A stretch of DNA of 32,000 nt from Oscillospiraceae bacterium (GTDB lineage Bacteria > Bacillota > Clostridia > Oscillospirales > CAG-272): the NCBI GenBank assembly GCA_015064445.1, contig SVSE01000004.1, positions 131,393 to 163,392 of the forward strand, written 5' to 3'. A program made the position numbers and the translations under genes. Numbering within the stretch: position 1 is the stretch's first letter; the number at the start of each line of letters is the position of its first letter. Shown piece by piece: positions 26,908 to 32,000 of this stretch. The notes below the pieces were generated by a model. The model saw only the letters and a list, made by a program, of their open reading frames with translations, had not been told where the DNA came from and did not search any database.

Positions 26908-27441
26908 TTAAATTGTCAAAATGATAGCGATTGTGAATGCAAGACCGTAGATTGAGAAGAACGAGAGGACTGGGATAGCCACGGTTGAGGTTATCTTGCC
27001 TGCCCTTGAAAAGCCACAGTCGACCTCTGCATCGCCAAGATATGCCTTTCTTTTCTTTTTAGCAACGATTATAAATGCGATTGATGCGCCCATAAAGAAA
27101 AAGCCTGCGAATGGATATAGTGCGAAAATTCCCATAAAAATTGAGAGAATTCCGAACACCATAGAGGTTATAGCGTCGCTCTTGGAAACGACCTTTTTTG
27201 GTGGCTCTGCGTGATATACAGGGCGCTCGTTTACAGGTGGTGGAGTGAAGCTTGCGCCTTGTGCCTCTGCCCCGCTCTTTTCCTTTTCTGCTTCGCCTTG
27301 TGCCTTGTGCTCATCATTTACTGCCGTTGTATATATTTTTTCGTCCTCGGTGCGAGGATTTGCAATGGCGCTACCACAGTAAACGCAGAATTTTGCGTCC
27401 ACCAATAGCTCAGCGCCACATTGTGAACAAAATTTTGCCAT
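26908..27441 (-). CDS. Zinc-ribbon domain membrane protein
   Basis: N-terminal CSQCG..x..CVYCG zinc ribbon, a low-complexity linker and C-terminal TM helices (DUF4190-like look). An AGGAGG RBS is present. Confidence 0.65.
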   Translation of the reverse strand: MAKFCSQCGAELLVDAKFCVYCGSAIANPRTEDEKIYTTAVNDEHKAQGEAEKEKSGAEAQGASFTPPPVNERPVYHAEPPKKVVSKSDAITSMVFGILSIFMGIFALYPFAGFFFMGASIAFIIVAKKKRKAYLGDAEVDCGFSRAGKITSTVAIPVLSFFSIYGLAFTIAIILTI

Positions 27442-27745
27442 TTTATTGCCTCCTTACATATATAAGTACATATATATTATAGCACATTATCTCGTTATAG
27501 TCAATCTTTTATATAAATTGTTGACAAAATCAACAAAATAACACGAAAAAATGCAAAAACGCCCAAAATTCCACCGAAAGAGGCTAAAAAATCGAATTTT
27601 GCTCAAAAGAATCCACAACAAAATTATTTTTGACACCGTATATTCGGCAAAATAATTAGTCGAGAAATGATAAAATGAAAATGTGAGCAAAATAAAGGCT
27701 CGCAAAAATAAAAATAGCCGAGAAAAAACAAGGAGAGGACAAAAA

Positions 27746-28549
27746 ATGAGCATTTACTGCCAAAAAGCACCACAAAAAACCGAGGAAACCGTAAAAATGA
27801 TAGAAATTTCTCGAATTTCTGTCAATCCAAACCAACCACGAAAGGTATTTGCCCACGAGGCAATACTAAAATTAGCCGACAGTATTCGTCAATATGGCGT
27901 GATTCAGCCACTTTGCGTGCGAAAAATCGGAGAAAATTACGAGCTAATATCAGGAGAAAGACGCTTGCGCGCATCAAAGGAGCTTGGGCTTTGCACTGTT
28001 CCCTGCGTGATTATGGACATAAATGAGGCAAAAAGTGCCGAAATTTCCATAATTGAGAACCTAATTCGAGAGGATTTGAACATTTTTGAGCAAGCTGGAG
28101 CTATTGAGACGCTAATAGATACATACGGTCTTACGCAGGAGCAAATAGCCAAAAGGCTCTCTAATAGCCAATCATTTGTAGCAAATAAGCTTAGACTTTT
28201 GCGCATATCTAACTCTGAAAGAGAAAAAATCCTTGAAAATAACCTTACGGAGCGCCACGCAAGAGCTCTTTTGCGTATACTTGATACAGATTTGAGAGAA
28301 AAAACACTCGAAAAAATCATAGCAGATGGGCTCAACGTGTCGAAAAGCGAGGAATTAATCGAGCAAATTTTATCAAATGATGAGCCAAAAAAGCAAAAGC
28401 CAAGGCAAATAAAGGATATGAGCGCCTTTTACGCATCGATTGATAGGCTTGTAAATTCGGTAAAGCAATCGGGAATAGATGTAAAAAGCAGAGTAATCGA
28501 GGGCGATGAATTTACAGAACTGACAATTTTAGTACCAACTATGAGATGA
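27746..28549 (+). CDS. ParB/Spo0J-family paralog (Noc-like position upstream of soj)
   Basis: ParB N-terminal domain with PNQPRK and the GERRLRAS box, plus an HTH region (QEQIAKRLSNSQSFVANKLRLL). I prefer ATG 27746, which has an AGGAGAGG RBS, over the track's GTG at 27683. Confidence 0.8.
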   Translation: MSIYCQKAPQKTEETVKMIEISRISVNPNQPRKVFAHEAILKLADSIRQYGVIQPLCVRKIGENYELISGERRLRASKELGLCTVPCVIMDINEAKSAEISIIENLIREDLNIFEQAGAIETLIDTYGLTQEQIAKRLSNSQSFVANKLRLLRISNSEREKILENNLTERHARALLRILDTDLREKTLEKIIADGLNVSKSEELIEQILSNDEPKKQKPRQIKDMSAFYASIDRLVNSVKQSGIDVKSRVIEGDEFTELTILVPTMR

Positions 28550-28551
28550 AA

Positions 28552-28567
28552 TGTTTCACGTGAAACA
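28552..28567. promoter_or_regulatory. parS: parS site 1 (TGTTTCACGTGAAACA, perfect consensus)
   Basis: Exact 16-bp palindrome, 3 nt after the stop of the ParB-like gene. Confidence 0.9.
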
Positions 28568-28618
28568 TCGAGAGCCTCGGCAGGCGAGATATGGTTAAAT
28601 CTCTCGGCTTGTTAGAAA

Positions 28619-28634
28619 TGTTTCACGTGAAACA
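28619..28634. promoter_or_regulatory. parS: parS site 2 (TGTTTCACGTGAAACA)
   Basis: Exact 16-bp palindrome. Confidence 0.9.
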
Positions 28635-28698
28635 TAGATTCCGTGCAAAAACGCAAGAATTTATAAATAATCCTTTAAAAATCACTATAACAACAAGG

Positions 28699-28724
28699 GG
28701 CAGACCGAAAAGTCTGCCTTTTTT
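28699..28724 (+). terminator. Intrinsic terminator after the ParB-like gene
   Basis: The sequence is GGCAGACcgaaaaGTCTGCCtttttt. Confidence 0.75.
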
Positions 28725-28785
28725 GATGCAGTTTATTCTAAAATGAAACAAAAAGAACTGTTTTTGCCGAAAACACGGCTTTTAT

Positions 28786-28801
28786 TGTTTCACGTGAAAC
28801 A
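28786..28801. promoter_or_regulatory. parS: parS site 3 (TGTTTCACGTGAAACA)
   Basis: Exact 16-bp palindrome. Confidence 0.9.
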
Positions 28802-28960
28802 AAAGGGCGAGTAGAGATTGAGGGATTGTATGCAAAAGAAAACAATCCCCCCCTCCACTCCGTGGCTCTCCCCACTTACTCTAAAAGGGGCTGTGCGAAG
28901 CGTGATTAGTTATAAGGTGCTCTTTCAGAAAAGAAAAACACCTCAAAAACCTCTTTTATT

Positions 28961-28989
28961 CTTGACACGCTCGCGCGCGTATGGTATAA
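28961..28989 (+). promoter_or_regulatory. Near-consensus sigma-A promoter (TTGACA-17-TGgTATAAT)
   Basis: The sequence is TTGACAcgctcgcgcgcgtaTGgTATAAT. The nearest downstream gene on this strand is soj, about 470 nt away. Confidence 0.7.
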
Positions 28990-29173
28990 TATAAAGCGAG
29001 CAAGGCTCTCAGACGAGAGCTGACTCGAAACAAAAATAGGCACTATTGACAACCCGAAATCGCCAAAAACAGCTCAAAAAGCGAAAAAATACGCGATTTT
29101 TGCACCAATAATGCCTAAAAAGACTCATTTTTAACATATTTTATAGAAAATTGTTGACAAGTCAACAATTTAA

Positions 29174-29207
29174 GTGCGAAATGCGAAATGTGAAATGCGA
29201 AGTGAAT
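29174..29207. repeat. Heptamer tract (GTGCGAA/ATGCGAA/ATGTGAA units), solo arm
   Basis: The sequence is gtgcgaaatgcgaaatgtgaaatgcgaagtgaat, with the same unit type as the cassette 2 arms. I found no inverted partner in the window. Confidence 0.6.
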
Positions 29208-29218
29208 TAGGAGAGTCA

Positions 29219-29437
29219 ATGAATCGATGCTATCGCATCACGAATTCTCGCCACGCTCCATGAATTGGCTTACGCCATGAATTGAATTGCAACATAGCCT
29301 CCATCTGACGAGGGAGGTGGCTTGCGAAGCAAGACGGAGGGAGAGATTTCCCTATGCCAAAGGCAACTCGCGCGATTTATCGCAATTCATGACACACCGT
29401 GTCAATTCACGCAACCGTAAGGTTGCAATTCATTGCA
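29219..29437. repeat. Hairpin-chain array C3 (AATTCATG cores) with an internal insertion of about 65 nt
   Basis: It is collinear with C1 and C2, with cores at 29384, 29404 and 29427. An extra segment at 29296-29360 contains a CCTCC..GGGAGGTGGC hairpin. The array ends 26 nt before the soj ATG. Confidence 0.8.
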
Positions 29438-29462
29438 AAGCACACATACATATCGAGGTATC

Positions 29463-30245
29463 ATGACCAACATTATATCCTTTGTCAATCAAAAGGGCGG
29501 AGTGGGCAAGACCACTTCTGCTATAAATGTCGCCACGATGCTTTCAGTTAAGAAAAACAAGGTTTTGCTAATTGATATGGACCCACAGGGAAGCTCAACA
29601 AGTGGTGTCGGAATCGCCAAAAGCAAGCACCAAAACACCGCATACGAGGTTTTGATAGGCGCTTGTAGGGCAAAAGACGCGATTTTGGAAACAAAGTTTC
29701 CAAATTTGTTCGTCATTCCGTCAAATGTTTCACTTGCAGCAGCCGATTATGAGCTAACGGGCGAGCAGGAGCGAGAGTATTTCCTCAAAAAACAGCTTGA
29801 GGAGCTCGCAAAGGCTGACACCTACGACTACATAATCATCGACTGTCCACCGTCAATTGGTCTTATAACCATAAATTCACTGACTGCCAGCGACTCAATA
29901 ATCATTCCCTTGCAATGCGAATATTACGCATTAGAGGGGCTTTCACAGCTTATGCTGACAATAAAAAAGGTGAAAACGCTTTACAATCCTCGCCTTTACA
30001 TACTCGGAATTCTTGTTACGATGTTCTCGTCTCGCTTGAAAATCGCAAATCAAGTCCTCTCCGAGATTAAAAAATATTACGAGGACAAGCTTTTTGACAC
30101 CAAAATCTCACGCACAGTCACTCTTTGCGAGGCGCCAAGCTACGGAGAGCCTGTGTATTACTACGCAAGATATTCAAGGGCAAGCCTCGAATATCAGGAT
30201 TTAGCCAAGGAAATTATATCACGAACAGGGGGATTCTTAATATGA
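29463..30245 (+). CDS. soj: Chromosome-partitioning ATPase Soj/ParA
   Basis: Deviant Walker A (NQKGGVGKTT). I prefer ATG 29463, which has a GAGG RBS; the track start at 29433 lies inside repeat C3. Confidence 0.93.
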   Translation: MTNIISFVNQKGGVGKTTSAINVATMLSVKKNKVLLIDMDPQGSSTSGVGIAKSKHQNTAYEVLIGACRAKDAILETKFPNLFVIPSNVSLAAADYELTGEQEREYFLKKQLEELAKADTYDYIIIDCPPSIGLITINSLTASDSIIIPLQCEYYALEGLSQLMLTIKKVKTLYNPRLYILGILVTMFSSRLKIANQVLSEIKKYYEDKLFDTKISRTVTLCEAPSYGEPVYYYARYSRASLEYQDLAKEIISRTGGFLI

Positions 30246-31135
30246 AGAAAACAGGACTTGGAAAGGGACTTTCGTCCATATTTGCAGACAACTATACCGA
30301 GAGCGTTGTTGCTAAAAAGGAAAGCATCACAACCTTGAAGCTTTCACAGCTTGAGCCAAAGAGCGACCAGCCTCGTAAATATTTCGATAGCGACGCACTT
30401 GAGGCGCTCGCAGATTCAATCGCACAGCACGGTCTTATTCAGCCTATCGTTGTTCGTCGTACCGAGCTTGGCTTTTATCAGATTATCGCAGGCGAGCGTC
30501 GTTTTAGAGCCTCAAAAATGGCAGGTCTTAGCGAGGTTCCTGTTGTAATTGTTGACGCAGATGAGCTTAAAAGCGCCGAGCTATCCCTTATCGAGAACAT
30601 TCAGCGTGAGGACCTCAATCCATACGAGGAGGCGCAGGGCTACTACTCACTTATGCACGAGTTTGATTTAACTCAGGAGCAGGTAAGCGAAAGAGTAGGA
30701 AGGTCAAGAAGTGCGATTGCAAACACACTTCGCTTGCTCGATTTGCCAGACGAGGTGCTCGAAATGCTTAAAACAGGCGACATTAGTGCAGGTCACGCAA
30801 GAGCGCTTTTGGCACTCACTGACAAGGAAATGATTGTTGATACAGCGCAAAAAATCCTCATTCGCTCACTTTCCGTGCGTGATACCGAGGCGCTTGTAAA
30901 GAAGCTCAATAGACTCGCACAGGAGGCAGACGAGGGCGACGATGATGAGCGCCAAATCATAATCGACTATGTGAAGGACCTTGAGGATAGAGCAAGAAAT
31001 ATCACAGGCAGACAAATCAAAATCAAGACAAAGGGCAAAAACAAGGTTATTCAGGTTGAATTTGCCGATAACGAGGACCTCGAGGAGCTTCTCGTTAAGC
31101 TTTGTGGAAAGAGCATAATCGAGGGCGTGCTTTGA
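30242..31135 (+). CDS. spo0J: Chromosome-partitioning protein Spo0J/ParB
   Basis: MKKTGLGKGLSSIF N-terminus, GERRFRAS box and HTH (QEQVSERVGRSRSAIANTLRLL). The ATG overlaps the soj stop (ATGA). Confidence 0.93.
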   Translation: MKKTGLGKGLSSIFADNYTESVVAKKESITTLKLSQLEPKSDQPRKYFDSDALEALADSIAQHGLIQPIVVRRTELGFYQIIAGERRFRASKMAGLSEVPVVIVDADELKSAELSLIENIQREDLNPYEEAQGYYSLMHEFDLTQEQVSERVGRSRSAIANTLRLLDLPDEVLEMLKTGDISAGHARALLALTDKEMIVDTAQKILIRSLSVRDTEALVKKLNRLAQEADEGDDDERQIIIDYVKDLEDRARNITGRQIKIKTKGKNKVIQVEFADNEDLEELLVKLCGKSIIEGVL

Positions 31136-31608
31136 TGCTACTCTCGACCTCGCCCTATCTTGGGCATATAATCACAACCGAGGTTGTCGTTTGGGGAATA
31201 GTTGTGGGCGCTATGCTCGCGTTTACCGTTTACTTCTTCCAAATGAGAGTTCTCGGCTCGCTCGTGCGTGAGCTTTGCGCATCGTGCGTTGGCGAGGAAA
31301 ATGCCAAAACTCTTTCGGAGCTTGGCAAAAATAAGACATTTTATCGACACTTCCTCGGGGAAAGTGGCATTTTAAGACGAATTATAAGCGTTGTGGGTGG
31401 CGAGCTACCTAAAAATAGCGAGGGAGCGTGCGATTTTGAAAGCGCGCGCTTCTACATTAGTGCCGATAAGCTCGAAATTGCCGAAAAGCGCTACTCAAAG
31501 GATGTAAAAATTTATATGTATATAATCGGCATTGTCGCGTGCGTGGCTGTCGGAGTTGCGATGCACTTCGCTCTGCCATGGATTTTGGGATTTTTGCCAG
31601 AGGTGTAA
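31135..31608 (+). CDS. Hypothetical membrane protein
   Basis: 157 aa with TM helices at both ends. The ATG overlaps the spo0J stop (TGATG). No family recognised. Confidence 0.5.
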   Translation: MLLSTSPYLGHIITTEVVVWGIVVGAMLAFTVYFFQMRVLGSLVRELCASCVGEENAKTLSELGKNKTFYRHFLGESGILRRIISVVGGELPKNSEGACDFESARFYISADKLEIAEKRYSKDVKIYMYIIGIVACVAVGVAMHFALPWILGFLPEV

Positions 31609-31609
31609 T

Positions 31610-31969
31610 ATGTTTAAAAGTATAGGTGGAAAAATCAAGACTCTTGCAGGCGCAATAACCTGTATAGAGATAATTTTGTCGATAGTTCTCGGCATAATTT
31701 TGATGACAAATGACCTCGTGCTCGTTGGAGTGCTTGCGATTTTGGTCGGATTTCTCTTTTCCTGGGTGTCAACCTTTATATTGTATGGCTTTGGACAAAT
31801 GGTCGAAAACTCCGATAAGCTCGTAGCAGTCGAGAGAATGAAATTAGACGCCAAAATGGAAGAGCTTGGGACAAAGGCGGACAAGGCAGACGAGCTTGCA
31901 AAATGGAATAAGGCAGGCTTTTTGACAGACGATGAGTTCGAGAAGAGAATTGACGAGCTAACGGAATAA
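31610..31969 (+). CDS. Small membrane protein with a SHOCT-like C-terminal motif
   Basis: 119 aa from ATG 31610 (MFKSIGGKIK..), with two TM helices and then KWNKAGFLTDDEFEKRIDEL, which resembles SHOCT. Confidence 0.5.
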   Translation: MFKSIGGKIKTLAGAITCIEIILSIVLGIILMTNDLVLVGVLAILVGFLFSWVSTFILYGFGQMVENSDKLVAVERMKLDAKMEELGTKADKADELAKWNKAGFLTDDEFEKRIDELTE

Positions 31970-31974
31970 AGGAT

Positions 31975-32000
31975 AAAAACAGCCACAGTGTGGCTGTTTT
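31975..32000 (+). terminator. Terminator (AAAAACAGCCAC-agt-GTGGCTGTTTT), cut by the window end
   Basis: Third copy of the shared terminator stem. Confidence 0.7.

Noticed and set aside
27683-27745. GTG-initiated N-terminal extension of the ParB-like gene (MSKIKARKNKNSREKTRRGQK)
   Set aside because: The internal ATG at 27746 has a strong AGGAGAGG RBS at ideal spacing. The extension is a Lys/Arg-rich translation of an A-rich leader. I kept 27746 as the start, though the GTG cannot be excluded.
28830-28964. A 44-codon ORF (MQKKTIPPSTPWLSPLTLKG..) with a GAGGG upstream, located between parS3 and the strong promoter
   Set aside because: It is short and proline/low-complexity in composition. It overlaps a hairpin and ends inside the -35 hexamer. 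Nothing supports coding.

Overview
This window is the replication-origin neighbourhood of a low/mid-GC Firmicutes (Clostridia-like) chromosome. On the minus strand, read right to left: dnaA, oriC (DnaA-box cluster, DnaA-trio-like TAG repeats, AT-rich unwinding region), dnaN, recF, remB, gyrB, gyrA, a lipoprotein, recA, recX, rimO, pgsA. A 5'-truncated addA converges at the left edge. To the right of dnaA, mostly on the plus strand: an ECF S-component-like membrane protein, tRNA-Ser(UGA), a 1139-aa Cys-rich lipoprotein (minus), a multidomain flavodiiron protein, rubredoxin, a zinc-ribbon membrane protein (minus), a ParB/Noc-like paralog, three perfect parS sites, soj, spo0J and two small membrane proteins. 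The coding content is ordinary. The unusual part is the non-coding DNA, because almost every intergenic gap carries a member of a few repeat families. (i) Inverted arrays of tandem heptamers (ATTCCGN or TTCGCAC) bracket two paralogous four-helix-bundle genes (23S rRNA IVS-protein family) wedged between gyrB/gyrA and recF/remB; cargo-less or partial copies lie elsewhere. (ii) A 100-127 nt imperfect-palindrome element sits directly on the stop codons of five genes, and its orientation flips across oriC. (iii) Chains of short hairpins are punctuated by AATTCATG (or GATTTCATCC) cores at about 20-bp spacing. (iv) Smaller leader and terminator modules are shared between genes. I saw no CRISPR array, transposase, integrase or recognisable defence gene. 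All calls are by eye from the sequence and the ORF track; no searches were run.
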